Source: Trueperaceae bacterium (GTDB taxonomy: Bacteria; Deinococcota; Deinococci; Deinococcales; Trueperaceae). From it: a stretch of 64,000 bases of DNA. Shown here piece by piece: positions 25,027-35,295 of this stretch; within the stretch, counting starts at the first letter, position 1; each line of letters starts with the position of its first letter. The notes under the pieces were generated by a model. That model worked only from the letters and a program-made list of their open reading frames with translations. It was not told where the DNA came from and made no database searches. Position numbers and translations under genes: made by a program. The stretch lies in the NCBI GenBank assembly GCA_965213705.1, contig OZ243913.1, positions 2,624,001 through 2,688,000 on the forward strand, given 5' to 3'.

Positions 25027-25056
25027 AGTATACCTCACAGAACTTGGGGGTGTCAA
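25027..25056 (-). promoter_or_regulatory. Sigma70 promoter for gltB
   Basis: TTGACA-N18-TATACT on the minus strand. Confidence 0.75.
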
Positions 25057-25168
25057 TTTGAGCCGCGGACAAAAAAGCGTCTCAGACACACTTTTATCTG
25101 GAGGCAAAAAGCCTCGTCAGAAGTTGAATCTACGTCGTGAGAGCGACCTGGGCTAACAACGGGTATAA

Positions 25169-26773
25169 CTATGCAGAACTTACTTCGGCTGCAGCTTTCT
25201 CGAGCGGCTTAACGCCGTCTTTGAACAGCTTGTACTCGATGGCGTCGATCAGCGCCTCATAGGACGCGTTGATGATGTCGCTGCTCGCGCCGACCGTCCC
25301 CCAGGTGTCACTCCCGTCGGACGTTTCGACCTGCACCCGCACCACGCTCGCCGTGCCGGTCTCAGCCCCGGACAGCACCCTCACTTTGTAGTCGGTAAGC
25401 TTGAGGTCGGCCACGCTCGGGTAAAAGCGCACCAGGGCCTTGCGCAACGCCTCGTCGAGCGCGTTCACGGGGCCGTCACCGTTCGCCGCGGTGTGTTCCA
25501 ACTGTCCACCGACCTCGAGTTTAATCGTCGCCTCGGCGACCGGCTCGGTATCCTCGTCCCGTTTGGTGATGTTGATGTTGAAGCCGTGCAACGTGAAGTA
25601 AGGCCGGTACTCGTTTTTAACTTTCTTGCTCATGAGTTGAAACGAAGCCTCAGCGCCTTCAAAGGCGTAGCCGCGGTGCTCGAGTTCTTTCATCCGGTCC
25701 ACGACTTCCTTGACGGACGGGTCGCGACTGTCCACCTCCTCCCCGAACTCGCCCGCTTTGGCGAGCACGTTGGCCCGGCCTGACAGGTCGGACAAAAGGA
25801 TGCGCCGCGTGTTGCCGACCGCCTCCGGCGCGACGTGCTCATAGGTCGCCGGATTTTTGTTGACCGCCGAGACGTGGATGCCCCCCTTGTGCGCGAACGC
25901 CGCGTCCGACACGTAAGGGGCGCGCAAGTTGGGCTGCAAGTTCGCCCGTTCGTCGATGTACTTCGAAATATCGCGCAGTTTGCTCAGGTCTTGTGGCTGC
26001 TCGAGTCCCAACTTCAACACGAGGTTCGCAATAATGCTGACAAGGTTCGCGTTGCCACAGCGTTCGCCGTAACCGTTCATCGTGCCTTGCACGTGGCTGG
26101 CCCCCGCCTGCACCCCGGCGAGCGCGTTCGCCACCGCGAGTTCGGCGTCGTTGTGGGTGTGAACGCCCACAGGAATGTCAAACCTGGCGACGACCTCTTC
26201 AACCCGCTCGGCGATAAAGCCCGGCAGCGAGCCGCCATTGGTGTCGCATAGAACAAGTCGTTCCGCCCCGCCGTGAACGGCGGCTTGCAGCGTCTCGAGC
26301 GCATAATCTGCATCGGCCTTGTACCCGTCGAAAAAGTGCTCGGCGTCGTAGATGACGAACTTGTCTTGGAATTTCAGATACGCAACCGAGTCTTGAATCA
26401 TCTCGAGGTTCTGCCCCAACGTCGCCCCCAGCGCCTCGGTCACGTGCAGGTTCCAGGTTTTGCCGAACAGCGTGACGACGGGTGTTTCGGCCTCGAGTAG
26501 CGCAACCAAATTCGCGTCGTCCTCAGGCCGGTTGTTTTTGTGCCGCGTCGAGCCGAAGGCCGCGAGCCGTGCAAAAGCAAGCCGCTCCCCTTTCATCAGT
26601 TCGAAAAAGCGCAAGTCTTTCGGGTTCGAGCCCGGCCAGCCGCCCTCGATAAAGTCTACCCCGAAGGCGTCGAGCCGCTTGGCGATGGCGACCTTGTCCT
26701 CGGCGGTGAGGTTGAAGTTCAAACCTTGGGTGCCGTCGCGGAGGGTGGTGTCGTAGATTTCAACTTTGGACAC
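25169..26773 (-). CDS. cimA: Citramalate synthase
   Basis: DTTLRDGTQG, EGGWPGSNPKD, DAEHFFDG, AHKGGIHVSA. Confidence 0.95.
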   Translation of the reverse strand: MSKVEIYDTTLRDGTQGLNFNLTAEDKVAIAKRLDAFGVDFIEGGWPGSNPKDLRFFELMKGERLAFARLAAFGSTRHKNNRPEDDANLVALLEAETPVVTLFGKTWNLHVTEALGATLGQNLEMIQDSVAYLKFQDKFVIYDAEHFFDGYKADADYALETLQAAVHGGAERLVLCDTNGGSLPGFIAERVEEVVARFDIPVGVHTHNDAELAVANALAGVQAGASHVQGTMNGYGERCGNANLVSIIANLVLKLGLEQPQDLSKLRDISKYIDERANLQPNLRAPYVSDAAFAHKGGIHVSAVNKNPATYEHVAPEAVGNTRRILLSDLSGRANVLAKAGEFGEEVDSRDPSVKEVVDRMKELEHRGYAFEGAEASFQLMSKKVKNEYRPYFTLHGFNINITKRDEDTEPVAEATIKLEVGGQLEHTAANGDGPVNALDEALRKALVRFYPSVADLKLTDYKVRVLSGAETGTASVVRVQVETSDGSDTWGTVGASSDIINASYEALIDAIEYKLFKDGVKPLEKAAAEVSSA

Positions 26774-26774
26774 A

Positions 26775-27701
26775 CTAACTAACTCTCAGTTGATAGTTGT
26801 ATGACTGCGTTATCAAATCGTAAAGATAGGCGAGGCGTTCGTCATCTACAACTCTTATTTCATACGAACCGTTATCCCAGTGCCCCACATTAGAAACGTC
26901 TCTGGCGATGTTTAAAGGGTCATTCAATTCACCGGCAGGCATATTGAGCCACATTTTGAGTGCTGAATTTTGTAAGTGAATATCAACAAAGTTGCGTGTC
27001 GTCCTAAATCCTAACCAAAGCTTCGTTGGCTTTAGCTCCACGTCACCCAAAGCCATAATCTGTTCTTTCAAACGCTGGTACAAGTCCAGAATATGCTCAG
27101 GCTTGCCCTCTAAGTGCTGAGCCTCGGTGACTACTTTTATTTCTTTATTAACTTCTTTAATAGGTAATTCGGCGCTCTCAGAAGAAAGAGTTTGTATACT
27201 TTCGCGTGCTCCGTCGCTCTTGATTTTGTTGAAGCTTACAAGACCTTTTTCAAATTTTTTCAGCTCCCAAAGTTCAATAGGCATATCTTGAAAGTTGATA
27301 GCTTGTCGCTGATAAGAGGTGAATGAAGGAGCAATAAATATGACTCGCGATTGTGACCAGTCAACAGTACTTCTTTGAAGTGGACTTTGCATTACCTCGT
27401 TATATTCGAGAATAAAATCAGCTTTATTGTTCAACATAGTCGAAAGATAGGCGTAACCTTGGTCGATTACACTGAAATTTTTGTCCCCCTTGTACTCGAT
27501 GATGGCAAACACTTTTGCAGAGCAATCGTAAACAAGACTGTCAATTCTGAAATCTCCTATAATGAATTCAGAGCGCACAAGTTGCAACCCTAGCATCATT
27601 TCCACGTGAGCTTCCACCAAGTTCTGCATGTCGCGCTCTCGCGCGAACGGCACTTCCCTGACAGTCAAGAAATTGTTTTCTTTTGAATGATATATTGCCA
27701 T
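26775..27701 (-). CDS. PD-(D/E)XK nuclease-like N-domain plus DUF5655-like C-domain, low GC
   Basis: RIDSL...IIEYK...DQGYAY; RDVSNVGHW.NG.YE C-domain. Confidence 0.75.
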   Translation of the reverse strand: MAIYHSKENNFLTVREVPFARERDMQNLVEAHVEMMLGLQLVRSEFIIGDFRIDSLVYDCSAKVFAIIEYKGDKNFSVIDQGYAYLSTMLNNKADFILEYNEVMQSPLQRSTVDWSQSRVIFIAPSFTSYQRQAINFQDMPIELWELKKFEKGLVSFNKIKSDGARESIQTLSSESAELPIKEVNKEIKVVTEAQHLEGKPEHILDLYQRLKEQIMALGDVELKPTKLWLGFRTTRNFVDIHLQNSALKMWLNMPAGELNDPLNIARDVSNVGHWDNGSYEIRVVDDERLAYLYDLITQSYNYQLRVS

Positions 27702-27809
27702 TACCCTACCCCAACTGGCTTCTGTGAAACACCATACGCATCCTATCCTGTTACCATCTCTGGCACCAACGCGCTTTCAAAAGCTCAAGCCTCTCTTCAA
27801 CCCTCAGTG

Positions 27810-28166
27810 CTAAACAGCTTCAATCTTTCGCTCACCCGTCGCAAACTCTGTAAACGCCCGGTGAGCGGGTTCGTAGTAAGCAAGCACGATAGCCGCTTTC
27901 GGAACGCCCAGCGCCACCAAATTGTTAGCGACGCCGTGCTCCGTCCCGTCGTACTGAATCCAAATCTGCTCGCCAATCAGGTCTATTTGAATCAAGCTTC
28001 CGCAGTAACGCTTATCGCCAATCCAACCGACCTGGACAAGATGATAATGATCGCGCAATTCGTCGAAGACGAGTTGGTACTCGAGTGGCCTGACCGCCTT
28101 AGTGTTCTCCAGCTGTTCGGTCAACACCTGCTCGACAAGCTGACGGTACCTCTCTAGTTCTGCCAT
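27810..28166 (-). CDS. xisI: XisI family protein
   Basis: FDE.RDHY.L..VGW, IWIQYDGTE.GVA..LV..GVPK..IVL. Confidence 0.92.
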   Translation of the reverse strand: MAELERYRQLVEQVLTEQLENTKAVRPLEYQLVFDELRDHYHLVQVGWIGDKRYCGSLIQIDLIGEQIWIQYDGTEHGVANNLVALGVPKAAIVLAYYEPAHRAFTEFATGERKIEAV

Positions 28167-28570
28167 AGCACGATTTCCTTTCGCTCAATATGATAAACGA
28201 TTAGGTTGAGCCGTTCTGTCTTCACTATGGTTTGCGTCAGGCTACGGTCGAAGAAACTGTTGTAAACCCCACTCGGCACCGCCAAATACAAAACACGTTC
28301 GGGCTCCTCGAGCGCTAACGCCGTTCGGTAGGCGACAAACTGTCCGAGTGCTCCGTAAAAGTCGTGCAGGAACGACGGACTGATAAAGCTTTTGACCTCC
28401 ACGGCAATCCGCCGCTTCTCTTTCTGCGCCGCCAACACCTTTTCCGCTCCTAAGTCAACCTGCAACGGGTTGAACTCAGGGATTATCAGCATGTACGGGT
28501 CGTGGGTTATGTCCCAGCCGTCTTTGATAAGGGCGTCTCGCACAACGTCGTGGAACTTGTCTTTTGCCAT
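28154..28570 (-). CDS. xisH: XisH family protein (PD-(D/E)XK fold)
   Basis: AKDKFHD.VR.ALIKDGW.ITHDP, DLGAEK, IAVEVKSF, ALGQF..YR, LYLAVP. Confidence 0.93.
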   Translation of the reverse strand: MAKDKFHDVVRDALIKDGWDITHDPYMLIIPEFNPLQVDLGAEKVLAAQKEKRRIAVEVKSFISPSFLHDFYGALGQFVAYRTALALEEPERVLYLAVPSGVYNSFFDRSLTQTIVKTERLNLIVYHIERKEIVLWQN

Positions 28571-28596
28571 TGGTTAAGGTATCAACCTCGCGAGAA

Positions 28597-28764
28597 TCAA
28601 GTTTGGGGGTGACGGTCGAACACGAGCACCTCTTCAAGCACTACTCTAAGGCTACTCAGCAACTCTTCTCGAGTACGTTCTTGCACATTGACGCCGGGAA
28701 CCTCTTCAATCCAACCAATCCACCACTCACCGCTCTCTTTAATGGCTGCCGTGTAGGGGGTCAT
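28597..28764 (-). CDS. HicB-like antitoxin (no adjacent HicA)
   Basis: YTAAIKESGEWWIGWIEEVPGVNVQERTREELL; strong SD before ATG 28764. Confidence 0.8.
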   Translation of the reverse strand: MTPYTAAIKESGEWWIGWIEEVPGVNVQERTREELLSSLRVVLEEVLVFDRHPQT

Positions 28765-28790
28765 AACATCCTCCCCTCCATGTCTAAGGT

Positions 28791-30341
28791 TCACGGCGTC
28801 GCCACCCGCTGCGTCTCCGCCTTCACTCGCCCCACACCCGCCGCGAGCTTGTTCAGCACGTCCACATAAGCCAGCACCGAAGCGTGAACCACATCCGTCG
28901 AAATGGCGCGGCCGTGGACGATCTGCCCGTCGCTGTTGACGCGAATCGAGACCTCGCCAAGTGCGTCGGTGCCCGAGCCGATGGCTTTGAGGTCGTAGGA
29001 TTCGAGTTCGAACGCCAAAGACGTGAGCTTGCGGAGCGCTTTGAAAGAAGCGTCCACGGGACCGTCGCCGAGCGCGGTTTCGGCGACCGTGCCTTCGGGC
29101 GTGAGCAGTCGCACCAGTGCAGAGGGCGTCATGCCGCCGGTTCCGGCCTGGAACTGGAGGTGCTCGAGCCTATACGTCTCGGCAATCTTCGTCGTCTCCG
29201 CATCGACGAGGGCGCGGATGTCGTCGTTGGTAATGCTCTGTTTGAGGTCGGCCAGGTCTTTGAACTGTTTGAACAGCGCGTTCAATTCCTCGTTTTCCAA
29301 GTCCGTGTAGCCGAGTTCGGTGAGCCGCTGCCGAAAAGCGTTGCGGCCCGAGTGCTTGCCCATCACCAGCACGCCCGCCTCGCGGCCGACAAGTTCGGCG
29401 TTCATGATTTCGTAGGTGTCTTTGTGCTTCAAGACGCCATCTTGGTGAATCCCCGCCTCGTGCGCGAAGGCGTTGTCGCCGACGATGGCCTTATTCGGCG
29501 GCACGACCATGCCGGTGCGCCGCGACACGAGTTGCGACACGAAGTACAGCTCGCGCGTGTTGATGCCCACCTCGGCCCCGTAGTAGTCGCGCCGCGTGTA
29601 GAGCGCCATCACGCACTCTTCCAAAGACGTATTCCCCGCCCGCTCGCCGATGCCGTTGATGGTGCATTCGATTTGCGTCGCGCCGTTTTCAACTGCGGCC
29701 AAGCTGTTCGCTACGGCCAAACCCAAGTCGTCGTGGCAGTGGGTTGAGATGGTGACGTTATGCGCCTCGGGCACGTTTGTAAAGATGTTTTTGATGAGCG
29801 CGCCGTACTCGAGCGGCGACCCGTAACCCGTCGTGTCGGGAATATTCACCGTCGTCGCGCCCGCTTTAATCGCCGTGCGGACGAGCTTGTACACGAACCC
29901 GGGGTCGGCGCGCATACAGTCCTGCGCCGAAAACTCCACGTCGTCGGTAAAGGTTTTGGCGTAGCGCACCATCTCGTCGGAGGTTTCCAGCACCTCGGCT
30001 TCGGTTTTTTTGAGCATGTGCTCGAGGTGAATCTTCGACGCGCTCGTGAAGGTGTGGATGCGCCCCCGTTCGGCGGGCTCAATCGCCTGCGCCGCCCGCT
30101 CGATGTCGGCCTTGTGCGTGCGCGCCAAGCCGCAGATGACCGGCCCCTTGACCTCGCGGGCAATCTGGCGCACGCAGTCGAAATCCCCGTCGCTCGCAAT
30201 CGGGAAACCCGCCTCGATGATGTCGACGCCCAAGCGTGACAGGGCGTGGGCAATCTCGAGCTTTTGCAAGGTATTCAGCGCGATGCCCGGCGCTTGCTCA
30301 CCGTCGCGGAGGGTAGTGTCGAAAATCTTGATGTAGGCCAT
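28791..30341 (-). CDS. leuA: 2-isopropylmalate synthase
   Basis: DTTLRDGEQ, HCHDDLGLA, GERAGN, HEAGIHQDG. Confidence 0.97.
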   Translation of the reverse strand: MAYIKIFDTTLRDGEQAPGIALNTLQKLEIAHALSRLGVDIIEAGFPIASDGDFDCVRQIAREVKGPVICGLARTHKADIERAAQAIEPAERGRIHTFTSASKIHLEHMLKKTEAEVLETSDEMVRYAKTFTDDVEFSAQDCMRADPGFVYKLVRTAIKAGATTVNIPDTTGYGSPLEYGALIKNIFTNVPEAHNVTISTHCHDDLGLAVANSLAAVENGATQIECTINGIGERAGNTSLEECVMALYTRRDYYGAEVGINTRELYFVSQLVSRRTGMVVPPNKAIVGDNAFAHEAGIHQDGVLKHKDTYEIMNAELVGREAGVLVMGKHSGRNAFRQRLTELGYTDLENEELNALFKQFKDLADLKQSITNDDIRALVDAETTKIAETYRLEHLQFQAGTGGMTPSALVRLLTPEGTVAETALGDGPVDASFKALRKLTSLAFELESYDLKAIGSGTDALGEVSIRVNSDGQIVHGRAISTDVVHASVLAYVDVLNKLAAGVGRVKAETQRVATP

Positions 30342-30361
30342 CTTTTTACCTCGCTTTGCTC

Positions 30362-31437
<1,076 letters not shown>

Positions 31438-31462
31438 TTAATTGTTTGTTGCTGACGGTTTT

Positions 31463-31530
31463 TAGGAGAAAGGGAAAAGGAGAAAGGAGAAAGTGATTAT
31501 ACTTTTTCCTTTTCCCTTTCTCCTGCCCCT
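31463..31530. repeat. Heptamer inverted-repeat element copy D
   Basis: aggagaaagggaaaagga ... tccttttccctttctcct (18-bp perfect IR) between ilvN and ilvC. Confidence 0.9.
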
Positions 31531-31533
31531 AAG

Positions 31534-32045
<512 letters not shown>

Positions 32046-32049
<4 letters not shown>

Positions 32050-33758
32050 GCTGGCGTCTTTTCGCCGTAGACGACCGCGTCGTGCTCCAACTCGTCCTCC
32101 TGGTCGCCTAAAATCATCTCATCGACACCTGCGCCCGAAGGTACCATCGGGAAAACTTTTTCGGCTTCGTAGACGACGAAGTTCACCAACGCGGGCTTGC
32201 CGGTGTTGAGCAGCTTGGGGATGAGGTCTCGAGCCGTCTCGCGGTCGAAGACGTTGTAGCCGTCGATGCCGTAGGCCTCGGCGAGCTTGGCAAAGTCGGG
32301 GTTCGAGTCGGCTAAGTAAATCTCGCTGTAGCGCTGCGAGTGGAACATCTCCTGCCACTGCCGCACCATGCCGAGCACGCCGTTGTTGCAAATCGCTATC
32401 AAAATCGGCAGTTGGTGTTTGTAAATCGTCGCAAGCTCTTGAATATTCATCTGAATGCTGCCGTCGCCCGCCACGCACACCACTTGCTCGCCGGGCCGCG
32501 CAAAAGCCGCGCCGATGGCGGCGGGCAACCCGAAGCCCATCGTGCCCAGTCCACCCGAGGTTATCCAGGTGCGCGGTTTGCTGGTCGGAAATAATCTGGC
32601 CGCGAACATCTGGTGCTGGCCGACCTCGGTCGTCACCACGCAGTCGCCGCCGGTCGCGGCCTCGAGCATCTGAATCACTTCCTGCGACACGAGCGGTTTG
32701 TCGGTCTTGTAGCGCTCGGGGTACTTGCCCTTCCACTCGTCGAGGGTCTGCCACCAGTCGGCTATGTCAAGCTTTTCCAATTCCTTGCCCAACCGCGGCA
32801 GCACGTCGCGCAGGTCGCCGACGACCGGCACGTGCGAGTGAACCAGTTTGGAAATCTCGGCGGGGTCGATGTCGATGTGGACGATTGAAGCCTTGGGCGC
32901 GAAGCGGCTGAGCTTGCCGGTCACCCGGTCGTCGAAGCGCAGACCCGCACCCAGAATCAGGTCGCTGTGGGTAATCGCCCTGTTTGCGGTAACGGTGCCG
33001 TGCATCCCCGGCATCCCGAGCGACTGCGGCGCGCCCGCCGGGTAAGCCCCGATGCCCATGAGCGTGGTGATGACCGGAATGCCCGTTTTTTCGGCGAAGG
33101 CCATCACCTCGGGGGAAGAGGCCTGCGCGCCGCCACCAACCATCATGATAGGTTGCTTGGCCTTGCGAATCGCCTCGGCGGCCCGCTTGATTTGGCCCGC
33201 GTGGCCGGTCACGGTAGGTTTGTAACCGGGTAGATCTATTTCGACGTCGAACGTGCCCGTAAACGCAGCATTTTGAACGTCTTTGGGAACGTCGATAAGC
33301 ACCGGCCCCGGTCGCCCGGTCGAGGCGAGGTAAAAGGCTTCCTTGACGATTCTGGGGATGTCGTTAACGTCCTTGACGAGGTAGTTGTGCTTGGTGACCG
33401 GCCCGGTAATTCCGAACACGTCCGCCTCTTGAAAGGCGTCGGTGCCGATAAGGCTGCTCGGCACGTTGCCGGTGACGGCGACCAGCGCGGACGAGTCCAT
33501 GTGGGCGGTCGCCAAACCGGTGACGAGGTTCGTCGCGCCGGGTCCGCTCGTCGCGAAACACACCCCAACGCGGCCGCTGGCCCGGTAGTAGGCGTCGGCG
33601 GCGTGCGCCCCGGCCTGCTCGTGGCGCACCAGCACGTGCTGGATGGGTGAGTCGTAGAGCGCGTCGTAGACGGGCATAATCGCGCCGCCGGGATGGCCGA
33701 ACACGGTTTTCACCCCTTCGCGCTCGAGGGCTTTCAAAATGACTTCGGCACCGTTCAT
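32046..33758 (-). CDS. ilvB: Acetolactate synthase large subunit
   Basis: RHEQ, TSGPGATN, GLGTMGFG, GDGS..MN.QE. Confidence 0.97.
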
Positions 33759-33801
33759 CGCTTCCTCCTTGTTGCCGCCCCCACCCGCTAAAGCGAGCTG
33801 G

Positions 33802-33837
33802 CAAGAAAAAACCCCGCCGGACGAAGACGGGGTTTAC
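33802..33837 (-). terminator. Attenuator terminator upstream of ilvB
   Basis: Minus strand aaaccccg-tcttcgtccgg-cggggtttttt. Confidence 0.85.
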
Positions 33838-33855
33838 GCGGATGCTCAACTCTCA

Positions 33856-33921
33856 CTAAGCAGCACGACCCCGACACCCTAGAATTAGAGCGGTCAGTAG
33901 CGAAGGGGCGGTGCGGCTCAT
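33856..33921 (-). CDS. Ilv/Leu leader peptide MSRTAPSLLTALILGCRGRAA
   Basis: Cluster of Leu (three rare CTA) and Ile codons; the tcggggtc tail can pair with the 5' arm of the terminator. Confidence 0.8.
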   Translation of the reverse strand: MSRTAPSLLTALILGCRGRAA

Positions 33922-33929
33922 CAGCGGCG

Positions 33930-33958
33930 AGTATACGAAGACGGCGGCGCGGCGTCAA
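33930..33958 (-). promoter_or_regulatory. Sigma70 promoter of the ilv-leu operon
   Basis: TTGACG-N17-TATACT, 8 nt before the leader ATG. Confidence 0.8.
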
Positions 33959-34198
33959 GCCCGGTAGGGCGCGCGGGATTGCAAAAAGTAGCAGAGGACC
34001 TAAAAAAGTAACAAAGACGGAGCAACGACAAAACTTCGCAGTTTCGGTTCATCGTTAAAGATGTCGCTACAAGCGTCGCGCACTTGTGTCAAACTGAGCT
34101 GGGTGGTTGGGGGCAGAAACGCGAGTTTCTGTTACTTGATTAAGCGCGGTTCGGGCTCTGGGAAAGCGCGGACATGCGGCAATGAGGGAGGATACGTC

Positions 34199-34474
34199 AT
34201 AGAAACTTTAAGAGTATCAGGGAGTTCGAGGCCCAACTCGGTGGCGGGTGCGGTTGCCGCCCTGTTGCGGAGCGAGGGCGAGGTCGAGGTGCAAGCCATC
34301 GGGCCGCACGCCATCAACCAGGCGGTCAAGGCGATCGCGATTGCTCGGAGCTACATCGAGGCGGAAGGCATAGACCTCTACACGCAGCCGTCGTTCGTCA
34401 AGCTCGAGCTGCAAAACGAAGAGCGCACCGCCGTCCGCTTTACGGTCACGAAAATCGACCTCGAGCCCGCCTGA
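34199..34474 (+). CDS. spoVS: SpoVS family protein, probable ATA start
   Basis: ETLRVS..SRPNSVAGA.A, QAIGP.A.NQAVKAIAIAR; SD GGGAGG 7 nt before ATA. Confidence 0.9.
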   Translation: METLRVSGSSRPNSVAGAVAALLRSEGEVEVQAIGPHAINQAVKAIAIARSYIEAEGIDLYTQPSFVKLELQNEERTAVRFTVTKIDLEPA

Positions 34475-34616
34475 ACAAAAGCCTTTTGAGCTGTCATAAA
34501 ACCTGAGTATCATGCTGTCAAGCCGGTGGGGTCGATTTGGGGTAAACTAAATTCAAACCGCCGGCTTGCGCTGTCGGTCGTGACTTGTCAAATTCAACGT
34601 TCTGAAGGAGGACAAC

Positions 34617-35291
34617 ATGATTTTCGACCCCGTCTACCTGATTATCGGCGTCGTCTCGTTCGTCGCGTCAATAGCCATTCAGGGTTACCTGAAAAGCACC
34701 TACGGCAAGTGGATGCGCGTGGAGAACACCGCCGGGCTTACGGGTGCGGAAACGGCCAGGGCCATCCTGCACGCTAACGGTCTCGACGACGTCAAGGTCG
34801 AAGCGGTCAAAGGCCAACTGACCGACCACTACGACCCGCGCACCAAAACCGTGCGCCTGTCCGAAGGCAACTACGGTCACAAAAACGTCTCCGGCATGGC
34901 GGTCGCGGCGCACGAGGTCGGCCACGCGATTCAACACGCCAAGGCCTACGGCCCGCTGCAAATCAGAACGGCCATTTTGCCGGCTGCCAACCTCGGCTCG
35001 CAGTTCGGACCTATTGCGGCCATTTTCGGGCTGATGCTCGGTTTGGGCGGTTTGGTCAACATCGGCATCATCTTGTTCGCGGCTGCGGTCTTGTTCCAAG
35101 TGGTCACGCTGCCGGTCGAGTTCGACGCCTCACGCCGCGCGCTGGTGCAGATGAACAAACTCGGGCTCGCCACTTCCAACGACTCGGGCGGGGCGCGCCA
35201 AGTCTTGACCGCCGCCGCGCTGACCTACGTCGCCGCCGCCGCGACCTCGATTGCTTACCTGCTTTACTTTATCGGCATGAGCCGCGACTAA
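34617..35291 (+). CDS. Membrane zinc metallopeptidase (YugP-like)
   Basis: LTDHYDP, AAHEVGHA.Q, TLPVEFDAS.RA. Confidence 0.92.
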   Translation: MIFDPVYLIIGVVSFVASIAIQGYLKSTYGKWMRVENTAGLTGAETARAILHANGLDDVKVEAVKGQLTDHYDPRTKTVRLSEGNYGHKNVSGMAVAAHEVGHAIQHAKAYGPLQIRTAILPAANLGSQFGPIAAIFGLMLGLGGLVNIGIILFAAAVLFQVVTLPVEFDASRRALVQMNKLGLATSNDSGGARQVLTAAALTYVAAAATSIAYLLYFIGMSRD

Positions 35292-35295
35292 GACG

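Noticed and set aside
27810..28570. fdxN-like excision element
   Set aside because: No XisF recombinase or flanking direct repeats seen; leuA and cimA are intact.
34331..34338. Cyanobacterial HIP1 (GCGATCGC)
   Set aside because: Single occurrence, encoding Ala-Ile-Ala in spoVS.
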